Positions 47,879 to 59,400 of a DNA stretch of 64,000 bases are shown here, in pieces. A model generated the notes under the pieces. It was given only the letters and a program-made list of their open reading frames with translations, had not been told where the DNA came from and ran no database searches. The translations under genes were made by a program, and so were the position numbers. How positions within the stretch are numbered: position 1 is the first letter of the stretch; every line of letters begins with the position of its first letter. Origin of the DNA: Histomonas meleagridis 2922-C6/04-290x (Eukaryota; Protista; Parabasalia); NCBI GenBank assembly GCA_020184695.1, contig JAANOX010000099.1:310001-374000 (forward strand), in the 5' to 3' direction.

Positions 47879-48337
47879 ATGAGTGTCGATAACGCGAATG
47901 AACAACATGTGATAGTAAGTGAAACACTTGAAAAGGGTAAAGAGTTATTTCGAAGATTATGGATGAAAAGAACTGAACTTGAGCGACAGATCGATATGGA
48001 AAGAGATCTTCAAACGTCATTACAATCAGCCCATTTTAAAGTCCAAACGTTGGATATAGATGAAATATCACAGTTGCAAACATCCAAAACTCTTGAAAAT
48101 GGTTCACTTCTTAAGCAAATCAAAGAACTATCTGAACATTTAATGAATAATAATGAAACAACTTTTTTGTCTAATGAAGAACTTGAAATCCAAATTGAAG
48201 AATTAAAGAAAGAGAATGATGAATTAAAACAAGAAATTGATTCTCTTACAGAAGAAATCCTAAATTTTGATGATAATGAAATCCATTTATTAAGAGCCGA
48301 AAAACAACATTTAGATTTATTAAAAATGGGCGGGTAA
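47879..48337 (+). CDS. Small coiled-coil protein
   Basis: Heptad-rich ORF; first ATG at 47879. Confidence 0.65.
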   Translation: MSVDNANEQHVIVSETLEKGKELFRRLWMKRTELERQIDMERDLQTSLQSAHFKVQTLDIDEISQLQTSKTLENGSLLKQIKELSEHLMNNNETTFLSNEELEIQIEELKKENDELKQEIDSLTEEILNFDDNEIHLLRAEKQHLDLLKMGG

Positions 48338-48343
48338 CTCCGT

Positions 48344-49582
48344 TTATAAATCATCAAATTGGGAAATCTTCCTTTGTTTTCGTTTGTTCTTTGCCATTTC
48401 TCTTCTCTTTTTAAAGTAATCACCATCACTTAATGAATCACTAATTTGATCTGGGTCATAATTTCTATGATTTTCATTTTCTCTTCTAATATTTTCTAAT
48501 TCTCTTTCTTTGCTTAATTTCCTATTATGTTCATCGAAGTTTTTTACTTCTGCTTCCCTAATACTTAAGAACACATCTTCGAGCATTTCTCGTGCATATG
48601 TTTCATTATCTGTAATTAAGAAATTATTAAAAATGGAACCTGGCGCATTATGAAAGAACTCAAGTCCGAGATAACCAATTGATGAGAAATGTCCAAACGT
48701 TGGATCCTTTTCTACACTTTCATTGATCATTTTCGGTGTCCAAACGCCTTTATAATTTGGGTTCTTAATGATTCGTGGTGACCATTCACCTCGATAACGT
48801 GGATTACGTATCATTGGCGGTGCCCAAACAATTGAATCATCCCATGATTGAGGTTTGAATGCATCTGGATCTGCAATAAATTCTTCATCAACCCAATTAT
48901 CGGGTTTCTTATCATTAGGATCAATGATCCATTCATCGTCGTCCCAATCATTAGGTTTAATATCATTTGGATCTGGTATTAAATCAGCAGATGGAATTTG
49001 GAATCGTTCTTCAAGTGTTCCATTATCAACGATTTCCCCATCAATTCGTACTTCGATTGTATTATTCTTACGAATGATTAATGTATATGAATGTGTAAGA
49101 TGATCTTTGATACAATTAACATGTCGTGTTGTTTCATATTTTTTCCCTTTGTGTGTGATAATAAAATGTGTTCTTCTAAATGTTGCGCCACAAATATCCG
49201 GTCCAAACATTATCAAATAATCCGTCTCATTAGAAAAATGTGTTGGATCAACATCAGATGACAATATTTTGATGTATTGGCCAGAGCAATCAACATAATA
49301 AGGAAGGCGAACTGTGTATTGAATAATCAAATCTTTATCTCTTGTGTCCATTCTGTGCGTGAGATTTGTGTAGAGAAGATAATTCCGTTTACTGTCCATT
49401 GTCTCGAGTCCGCGTTGCTTTTTCTCATCGCCCCAGAAACTTCCTGATGTGACGCGAACACGGCCTAATTGAACGCCTTTTCGTACATGCGTTGGCTTCT
49501 TCCAACGTGTTTCCCATCCAGGGCCGAAACGTTCTTCCAGATAAACTGTTGAATGAACTGATATCAGGAAGAAACAGAACAT
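48344..49582 (-). CDS. CALR: Calreticulin family protein
   Basis: Signal peptide MFCFFLISVHS, YLEERFGPGWETRW, DCSGQYIK, IMFGPDICG, P-domain IPDPNDIKPNDWDD and GEWSPRIIKNPNYKGVW; ends FDDL. Confidence 0.92.
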   Translation of the reverse strand: MFCFFLISVHSTVYLEERFGPGWETRWKKPTHVRKGVQLGRVRVTSGSFWGDEKKQRGLETMDSKRNYLLYTNLTHRMDTRDKDLIIQYTVRLPYYVDCSGQYIKILSSDVDPTHFSNETDYLIMFGPDICGATFRRTHFIITHKGKKYETTRHVNCIKDHLTHSYTLIIRKNNTIEVRIDGEIVDNGTLEERFQIPSADLIPDPNDIKPNDWDDDEWIIDPNDKKPDNWVDEEFIADPDAFKPQSWDDSIVWAPPMIRNPRYRGEWSPRIIKNPNYKGVWTPKMINESVEKDPTFGHFSSIGYLGLEFFHNAPGSIFNNFLITDNETYAREMLEDVFLSIREAEVKNFDEHNRKLSKERELENIRRENENHRNYDPDQISDSLSDGDYFKKRREMAKNKRKQRKISQFDDL

Positions 49583-49937
49583 AATAAGTTTTATGTCACT
49601 TTGCGCCATATATTTTTGAATGAGAAAATAATTCATTATTGAAAAGTGACAAATAATTTTTTTTCATAATTTTTTTTTTACTTATTTCTTTTCATAATAT
49701 GTTTTTTATTTGGTCGCAAAATGTTTGTTTCTGAATGTAGTTTTGTTTGAGTATAAAACGAAAAGTGATTTTAGAAAATTAAATTTTAATAATTTTATCC
49801 GAATTTGGAAATTTTTATATTTTTCTGATGACTTAAAAAAATAGTGTATAATAATATATGTTTAAGTATTCCTTTGAGTGTATTTTAATGGGTCATTTGA
49901 AAGTTGGCCAAACAAAGTCTGTCAATCATAAATCCTA

Positions 49938-50561
49938 ATGTCTGGATCAATTGATTCACAAAATGGATCAACAATGGTTGCAATGATTGGAGATCATTGT
50001 GTTGCCATTGCATCAGACAAACGACTTGGCGCACAAATGCAAACAGTATCGATAAATTGTAAGAAAATATTTCAAATAAATGATTCAATATTTATTGGTT
50101 TAAGTGGTCTTATGACTGATGCCGATACAGTTCATGAGAAACTTAGACATGAAGTAAATCTTCTTGAATTACGTGAAGAACGTCCTTTGGATCCAAAACG
50201 TTTCATAAATCTTGTTAAGTCACTTCTTTACAAACATCGATTTGGTCCATATTTCGTTCAACCAATTATAGCTGGACTTGAACCAGGTACAAATAATCCA
50301 ATTCTTGCGACATCAGATAGTATTGGTGCTATGACAGAACCGAATGATTTTGCTGTTGCAGGAACATCAAGTGATTCATTGTATGGTATTTGTGAAAGTC
50401 TATGGAGGCCAGGAATGAATCCTGATGAGTTATTTAAAACAATTTCAACATGTTTGATATCAGCTATCGAACGCGATGGACTCAGTGGTTGGGGTGGAAT
50501 TGTTTATATTGTAACACCAGAACAGATAATTACGAAAGAAATCAAAACACGTATGGATTAA
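49938..50561 (+). CDS. PSMB3: Proteasome subunit beta type-3
   Basis: NGSTMVAMIGDHCVAIASDKRLG, RFGPYFVQPIIAG, CESLWRPGMNPDELF, RDGLSGWG, TRMD end. Confidence 0.97.
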   Translation: MSGSIDSQNGSTMVAMIGDHCVAIASDKRLGAQMQTVSINCKKIFQINDSIFIGLSGLMTDADTVHEKLRHEVNLLELREERPLDPKRFINLVKSLLYKHRFGPYFVQPIIAGLEPGTNNPILATSDSIGAMTEPNDFAVAGTSSDSLYGICESLWRPGMNPDELFKTISTCLISAIERDGLSGWGGIVYIVTPEQIITKEIKTRMD

Positions 50562-50871
50562 ACAATTCATTTCTTTGGTAATAATTTTATGTTTACTCAA
50601 TTGAGATTGTCTTTAAGAAGGCAAAAAACTTTCATCAGATCTAATCTCTAAGTGATTGAACGAATAATGAAACTGTGAAATTGTTGTTGCCAAAAATCCA
50701 TATGCCCAAATATCAATAATGCATTGCACTGTATCACATTTACATGGCCTTGAAACAAGGAAGGAGAGTACGTGGTAAAAGGACTTTATTTTCAGATCGA
50801 AAAATACTTTAATAGAATTTCGTTCAAAAAGTGGAACCGATACTGCCGATTTTTTTCCACCAGTTAAGTAA

Positions 50872-52150
50872 GCTGAAATTAACGGTCAATAAACGGTTAC
50901 CAATTTTTGCATAGTTTACATATTTGACGTCAAAATATTTTTGATCTTCTTCAATACTTTATATTCGATGTAAACTATTCAATTCTCTTACATTGATATC
51001 ACTTTTATGATAGAAATACGATAGAGCTTTTTGAACAAATTCAGATGCTGGGGCACTCCACGAATTCAAAGGTCAATAACCCATATATAAGTCGAAAGAT
51101 TTCTTAAAACCATTCCTACCGGATGTATTATAAATTAATAGTCAAACGAAAATTGGTCAAGCATTTTATCTACACACTAAATCTGATTATCTTCTTTTGA
51201 CCTTAATAATCTAAAAACTTTATTCTTTTTATATTTATGTAACTGCCTTTTTAAAATGATCATAATTCTTCTTCTGCTTCTAATAATTTAAAAATTATAA
51301 ACTTGTTCAAATAATTCGACATTGAGTCAAGTCATTGAATATTTTGAATTGAGACCGTTCATTAAAAAAAATGGTCGAAAAATTAATTGTTGATCTTTAT
51401 CAAAATGGTTGTACGCACCAACAAATAACTCAAATCCTACATGTGTGTAGCCTTAGGGTATGAAGAGTAATAAATGAATACAATGAAACTGGTAAAATAC
51501 CATTACCAGTAAATATAAATATATAAAGAAGAGGTGCTAAACCAAAAATTACAGAAGACAAGATGATTATCTCATTAAGAAGAAGACAAGATAATTACCT
51601 CCTTAAAGAACTAAAACGTTACATGAAATATATTGGTAAATAAACAAAAACATAAAAGAGATTTTAGAAACTATTTCGACATTAATCTCATTGTCAATTT
51701 TGACAAGAATACAAAAATTCATGTCAATTTTCAATCTATCGTAATGTCGAATTATTTGAACCGGTTTATATTCAACCAAGAATTGTTCTTGTTTTTTAGC
51801 AACTTTATCTATTTGTCAATATGTGGATTTGTCACTTTGAATCTCTTTAAAATTTTACTCGAAGTCGCTCCATACCTATCAAATATACCAGCACCCCACG
51901 TCATTTGTTATTATTTTTGATATACTAAATTTGTTCATTTGTTAATTTTGGAATTTTTATCTCCTTACTCAGTTTGTTTCAATGTCACTTTCTTGTAGAT
52001 GACCAATGAAATTAAATACTTTACTTGATTCAAACACGATAGATAAGTTAAAAATAATAACAGCCACCTCAAAATATTTTGACATATTCGACTTTTTGAA
52101 TCAATAAAGTTTTGAAAATTGGCGATCGTTTATTGACCGTTAATTTCAGC
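50872..52150 (+). mobile_element. Non-autonomous Tc1/mariner(IS630)-like element with TIRs
   Basis: Perfect 24-bp inverted repeat GCTGAAATTAACGGTCAATAAACG (50872-50895 and 52127-52150) with weaker inner homology; encloses an HTH relic. Confidence 0.7.
51371..51643 (+). pseudogene. Transposase N-terminal HTH relic with two in-frame stops
   Basis: MVEKLIVDLYQNGCTHQQITQILHVCSLRV*RVINEYNETGK...*RRGAKPKITED resembles a Tc1 paired-HTH plus GRPR-like linker. Confidence 0.65.
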
Positions 52151-52488
52151 AACATTTGGACTTACAAATACAATATAAATCAATGCTTTATTCTGACTTT
52201 TTAGCGTTTGCTTGGCCCAAAAATATTTTCAGATTGTTAATAATATTTTGTAAATAAAATAAAGTGTTTAAAATCTTTTACCATCAATAAAGCAAATCTG
52301 AGTACAATGTTTGAATATAGGCTTAATGATTTATAGTATAGATTTGGTTCAGAGCGACGTCGCAAAATCCGTGGCCGTTACTTACACAACAACATTGCTG
52401 CTAACATTCTGTGGTTTATCTGAAAAAAATTTTCGATGCGATTCAGTTAGTTAAGATCGGCGAGTGATCCAACTGTTGAAGAAAAAAA

Positions 52489-53140
52489 ATGCCAATAAAA
52501 AATGCCGAATATAAAAATGTCAAATATATTAAAAACCAGATGCTTCCTCAACACCAAAAAGAATTTGTATCATTTATTGAATGGCAAATCGCACAAAAAA
52601 TATTTGATATTAATGGTAAATATGTTTCTCATGAAGATTTAACGTTTAATATTTTTTTTTGGAATTTATATAAAATTAATGAAACAGCACTTCATTGGGC
52701 AACACGCAAAGGTCATTCTGAAGTTACAAAAGTTCTTCTTAAACAAAAAGGAATTGATATTAATGCTAAAGATATTTATTTATTTTATTTAATGATTATT
52801 TTAATAATTTAATCTTTCAAAATAATATTTGGAAATTATTTAAATTATTTAATACAGTACTTATTATAGCATCTTCAAATGGTCATACAGAAATAGTTAA
52901 ATCACTTCTTGAACAAGAGAATATTGATATCGATGCTAAAAATATTTTTTTGTTTTATTTAAAATATTTTTAAAAAATATGACATTTCATATAAACATTT
53001 GGAATTACTTATAAACATATAAAACAGCGCTTATGATAGCATCAGAAAAGAAAAATGCAGAAATTATTCGATTATTTGCAGACAAAATTCAACATCATAA
53101 ATGTGACGACATAATAAAATTAAAAGATTCACAAGGATAA
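52489..53140 (+). other. Ankyrin array copy 2: modules 52681-52773, 52851-52943, 53021-53140 separated by 77-nt spacers
   Basis: ETALHWATRKG..DINAKD / NTVLIIASSNGHTEIVKSLLEQENIDIDAKN / KTALMIASEKKNAEIIRLF...*. Confidence 0.9.
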
Positions 53141-53359
53141 AAGAGGAAATATTTAAATATTGAAATAAACATTTCCTAAATTCATTTTGTTATCATATAT
53201 TATTATTAATGCATTAAATTTGATAAATCGAATATTTTATATCATATTTCATTGTATGATTTTCATATAATTTGATGATAATTTTTGTGAAAAAAATGAT
53301 GAAAAATTCATAACAACAAAAAATTAATTATTATTCATAGTATTATTTATTCTTAAAGT

Positions 53360-56098
53360 TTAATGGAAGTCTATTGAGTACACCTTATTATTTTCAGTCC
53401 CATAATACAAAACATTTGTTCTTGAGTCGAAGTACATCGTTACGACTGCGTCCTGTAACTCGAAAGTCCTTAAAATCCTCAAACACGGCAAACTTAACAA
53501 TGTCAACTTGTTATTTAAGTCGGACACTGCCAACACGTAATCCTTATGTGCAATAATCATTTCGCACCATTGTATTTTTCGGACTTTGAATTTCCAATTC
53601 TTCAATTTTTATTTAAATCCATTCCATATGAAAATATTTTTTTAAAAATTTTATTTTTTTAATAATTTCACAACATATCAATATACAAGGCGATGCACTA
53701 ATTTTTAACATTAAAATATTATAATCTAATGAATAACTATATTGATAAGAACCATTTAAGAAATTAAATGATGAAATTTGTCGTGATTTATAACCACAAA
53801 TTAATGCATTACTTACAATACCGATATCAAAATCAATAATCGTCGCTGGATGTGCACTAATTTGGAATTTCATTGTCGCTGGTTGTGTAAAATTCCATTT
53901 AATAATAGAATAATTTCGTGAAGCGGTAACAAAATCATTCGTACTCGTAACTTTTAATGAATTTATTAATGAATATTGTCGTTGTGAATTAATTAATTTA
54001 ATAGTTAAATTATTAATATCAATTTGAAACATATGAAATGTACAATCATTACATGTTGATATAATTAAAATATTCTTTTTTAAATGATATGAAATTGTCC
54101 TTTCTGAAATACCTTGAAATCCTGTTAAACAATAACTAATATCAAAAAAATATTTTCATTTTTATTATTCTTTAATATTAATTTACCTAATGATGTAATA
54201 ATAATTAAAATATTATTGAATGTCGTTCGAAGAAATATTGGCTTCGATTTTATTTCAATTTGTAATGTCGGTGTAAATAAAGATAAAATAAAATTAATCG
54301 TAGAAAAAAATTAATTTTCATTGGATGTGGATTCTTAAAGATTTGATTTGGAATAGTACCAAAACTTTTTACTAAATTGTTGATAAAAAATTAACTTTTC
54401 TGGATCTTCTATTACTTGTTTAGTCATATTCGTAGGATATGTATAAGGATGAAATGTATTATTAGCTAAAATTGCTTCTTTCCCATTTTGTTTATATCCA
54501 AATATTAAATCAATCCATTTAGGTAAATTTAAACTTACATAATCACTTTCTAATGCTGCTCGATGTTTCTCAATGAAATCATACGCATTTTTACTCCATG
54601 GTGGTAATATAACATCATTAATTTTACTTCCATCTGATTTGATTCCTAAATCAAAATTATCTGAATTAATTAAAAATCGTGGGGTACTATAAAATTCTGG
54701 TATTAATTCTCGATAATCTGTTAAATCTGGTGATGTAATAGATTCCCATAAATGAGGAATTGATGAAAAAATTCGACTTGATTTATCAAATTTATTATCT
54801 TGCATTTTTAATATTAATACTTGTAAATGGTTCTAATCGTATTAAATAATATGATACAAAATATGAATTAGAATAATGAACTTTATATAAAAATTTGTTT
54901 TCTTCATCCATTTCTGTAATTAATTCCTTTAAATGTTCTAATCGATCTTCATTTAATGCTCCAATAGGTTTACTTAAATCTCGATAAACATTCGGATCAT
55001 TTAAATCAATAGTTTCACTCGTATAATCTTTTAATACCCATGGAAAAACTGGATATTGTGTTAAATCATTAAAACTTCGTCCTGAAAATAAATTAATTAT
55101 GATTAAATATTTATAATTAGAAATTTCTCCATTAACCCATTTTTCAGTAATTTTTTCTTGTTCTAATAATGATGAATTCGATGTTTGTAAATATTTTAAA
55201 TTAGGTAATTTTAATTTTTTAAGAATTTTAATAACTGTTTCCTTAATATTTTGATTCGGAAATATTATTAAATAACTTTTTTGTGTAGTTAAAAAAAATT
55301 CTAAACCACATGGAATATGATATTGATTTCTTTGTAAAACCATATATAAATCTTTAAGTTTAATTTCTATTAATCGATGTTTAATATTATTATTAATATT
55401 ATCTGGTGTGAAAAAAACTTGATTCTTATTAAGATAAAATGTACCTTGAAATGAATTATTTAATTTAATATGTTGTGCTGGTGAAGCAAATGAATATGTA
55501 TATGTATCTTCTTTAGAATCATCAATATTTATGTCATTTTCATTATTATTATTATTACTATTATTATCTTCAATAGTTGTAGTCTCTGTTGAATTAGTTG
55601 TCCCTGAATTTAATTGTTTAAATGATTGTAATCTTTGTAATGCTTCTGTTTGATCACGTGAATCACGTAATAATGATGCAATTTGATGTTGATCAAAATG
55701 TTTATTCGGTCGTAATATATTATGTCTCCAATCTAAATCTAATGTCGATGATAATTTCCAATGTTGTTCTTTATTAATATGAATATTTAATGAATAATTA
55801 ATTTCTAATTCTTGTAATAAATCTTTATATATCTTTTTGGCTATATTCTTGATTATGCAAATTATATAAATGTTGTTGTTTAATGGTAGAAATTAAAAAT
55901 ATTATTATATTTAGAAAAAAATTGTTTTTATTAAATATAAGTTCATTATTAAATAAATTATTTATCGTAGTACATATTTTTGTAAAGTTTTGCATCATTT
56001 GTGTTTGTAATGGAACTGTTAAAATAAATATCGATTGTAACCATTCACTTGATGTAATTCCATAAATTTCAGGAATAGGTTCTTCAATAACTTTTTGT
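53360..56098 (-). pseudogene. Inverted partial duplicate of the 3' part (PH-BEACH-WD40) of the adjacent BEACH gene
   Basis: 56098 aligns to 61762 and 53701 to 64000 in reverse complement; several frameshifting indels. Confidence 0.9.
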
Positions 56099-56428
56099 AA
56101 TGTAAGCTGAGTCCATGATGTAAATTGTTTTTGATTCCCTTTGAATCAGATTATTTTGTGCACGAAGGGGTCGTTTAGGTACCCAATTTTTTTATCATTG
56201 AATTCCGAATCGTCATATGATATTTGTATTTGGGCAAATGTCTATCGGAACTTTTCAATCATCAATAAAGTTATCAAAACCCGATACCATCAAATTCGTC
56301 AAGATAATTGAGTGAATTTTTCTGAACATTAACAAAAAAGTTGCGATGTAAAATTGTAGAGCTTTTCTAAACTTTTTTAGGTTAAACCGAAAAAGTGTTT
56401 TTAGAACTGCGGTTTTTTTTCAGACAAA

Positions 56429-59400
56429 ATGATGAAGAAGTCAAATTCCAGAAGAGAAACCATTGATGACATGATTAAGCATTGGTTCAAAAAGGCTAAG
56501 CCTAAAAATCTTGATTTAAAGGGGGTTCAAGGATTTGACACAATTTTTCCCGAAATTCCAGATCAACATTATTCAACCAAACCATTCCAGGGGAAAAAAT
56601 TTGATATTTCCACCATCAAAGAAAAGCTTAGCTTAGGTTTAATTCCTAATCCAGCTTATTTCCAACTTGCAGTTCTTTTAGTCAATAATCTTAATCTTCT
56701 TAAAGATGATCCTCATGCATTTGACCCACTTATTCCTACATTGTTCAAGTTTCTTATAGCCATTAGCTTATCATTTCAAAAGATCTTTCAATTAGCACTT
56801 GATAATGATGAGAATGTTAAATCATTTAGTGATACTATTGCAGCCTTTCAAGTTTCTTTTGCATTACCTATTGAATATTCCATTGAAGCCTTTATCCCAA
56901 TGAAGAGTGTATATAGTTTTCTTACAACCAAAATATTCCAAAACTTAAATTTCAAGACATATTCTCCAACGATGAAACAATCCATACGTAACTTTACTAA
57001 CATGACAGTAAATTCATTATTAAACATAGGTATCGAAACCTTTGATGACTTTTATGAAGCGTATCAATACTTAGTTGCATATTTAAAATATTTTTCGGCT
57101 ATATCGAAAGTTCCTGATCATACGCAAACAGAATTTACGATATCATGTAAAGCTGCGCAAGTATTTGATAAGATTCCACCTGATTATTCAGAGAAATTTA
57201 AGAATGATATTATATTACCATTTATTACATCCATCTATCGAATGGTTATTGACTTAGCGACAGCAGAAAATGTTGAACCGAATTATTTTGATTATTTATC
57301 ATTTTTATCTGATTATTTATTTAGGTATTGTATATCAGTATGTAAAATCACAGATATAGTACCCGAAAATTATTTATCACAATGTTATATTAAAGTAATT
57401 TTATGGTATAATAAGAATTATCCATTTTTAACAAAACAACAACAAAATGAATTACCTAAAATTAACACAATTAAATTTGATGAAAATGATGAAATTAAAT
57501 ATCCGAAATTTGATTGGATAAAGAACAAAACATTTGAACGTGTATTAACAAATGATTTAACTTATAAGCAATTAGATCAAAGCGAAGTTATATTTGTTAA
57601 TAAGTTTTCACATCGTTTATTATCTACAACACAAAAACTTGCTGAAGGTGTATTAAGTTCTTCGGTACCATCGAAAGTTATACAACTTTTTATGTCATTT
57701 AAAAATGATATTAATGAATCGAATTTATCACTTTTATATACGATTTTATCATTTTTAATATATTATGAAAAATCAATTATTAATCCATTATTAACAAAAG
57801 AGAAATTTTGGGAATCGATTTTCCAAACATCAGTATTTAATTCGACAACAAATGATTTTTATGATAAATTACGTGCGTCAATATTTTATTTAATGTATTT
57901 ATCATTAAAAGTTGCAAATTCAAGTGATTCATATTATATATTAAAAACATTTTTACAATTTTTTAATGGAACTGGTCTCGAATTTGGTTATTTAATATCG
58001 AAATTGTATAATTCTTTATTAACTATTACTAATCCACAATTTTTTGAAGCAATGGTAACATTACCATTTTTAGAATTTATATATAATTATCAATATAAAT
58101 TACAAAGAGTTCATATCTTAACAAATGATGTTGAAGAGAAAAGACAAATTTCTGAAATTAGACAAAACTTTTTATTGGGACATTTAAGTTTAAAGAATAA
58201 TGTTATTGCAAATTATGTATTATCATCATCGAAATATTTCATTGGATTTATGTTTCATTTAATCTTTGAAGAAGAAACAACAGAAATTGTTACTACGATA
58301 TTAATTAATTCATTCTTTGTTAAGAATATTGATATCCAAGAAATTACTTTTGTTAATACTACACAATATGAACCATTCTTTAATTATTTCAAAGATGTTA
58401 TTAATGAATCTATTAATAATCTTGAAGATGAACGTTGGATTAAATTAGTTGAAAAGTTATTTTATATATTAAAATCTACACAATATCAATTAACAATGAT
58501 TGAACAAATAGAAAAACTGAATGTTTTTCCATTTGTAATAGAAAAAGCACAAACATTAATTGATAAAATTGGTCAAAATTCAATTCGAATTATCCAAAAT
58601 ATAATTTTATGGATTTCTACATTAACATTTAAATGTTTAAAGGGTCAACGATTTATGTATTGTAAACCTAATCGATATTTTGATCAATTTTCAAAGTTAT
58701 TATCACAATTAACATTTGATGATAATATTATAGATATAATTTTAAGAATAGTATTTGAAAAAGATATATATTTAAAGTCATTACCAGATTTAATTGAAAT
58801 ACAATTTCCGAAAGCTTTATCATTTTTACATTCTTCTACATGTCATTTACCACAACATTCGATAATTATCCAATTTATATTATCTATATGTGAACAATCA
58901 TTTTCAAATTGTTTACATATTTGTCAATCGAATTTTTTGATTATTTTATTAGATTATATACGTAATTATCCAGATTTATCTATCTTTGAAGAAGGTAATA
59001 AAATTACTTCAATTGTTAAAACAATGGATATTATTAAAAGAACAACATCATTTTTGTTTATGCCAAAGACATTTTTAAAGTCATTTGATTTATTAAAACC
59101 TTATCAAGGTCATCGAGTTTGGTGGACTTATAATTTATTAACATGTTTCCAAAATGTATTACATAATAAATCTTCATTACCTTCATCATTTATCCATTTT
59201 AGTGGATTAAATACAGGAATGAAAACTACGAATCCATTTTCTACACCAAATAAATCATGGACATTAATGATACGATTTTATTTAGATAACACAATACGAT
59301 TTTATAGTAATGAACCTCGATTATTATCATTCCAAACAGCTAATGATACAATGATTGAAATCATATTAAAGAATAATATAATATCATATGAAATTCAAAC

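Noticed and set aside
52390-52470. snRNA (U2-like) in the ankyrin leader (GTTAAGATC)
   Set aside because: Only a short word matches. There is no GTGTAGTA branch-pairing sequence or Sm site.
81-56065. Numerous short antisense or overlapping ORFs in the track (for example 81-338, 4495-4902, 16237-16695, 39480-39910)
   Set aside because: They are shadow frames of well-supported genes or of low-complexity coiled-coil DNA.
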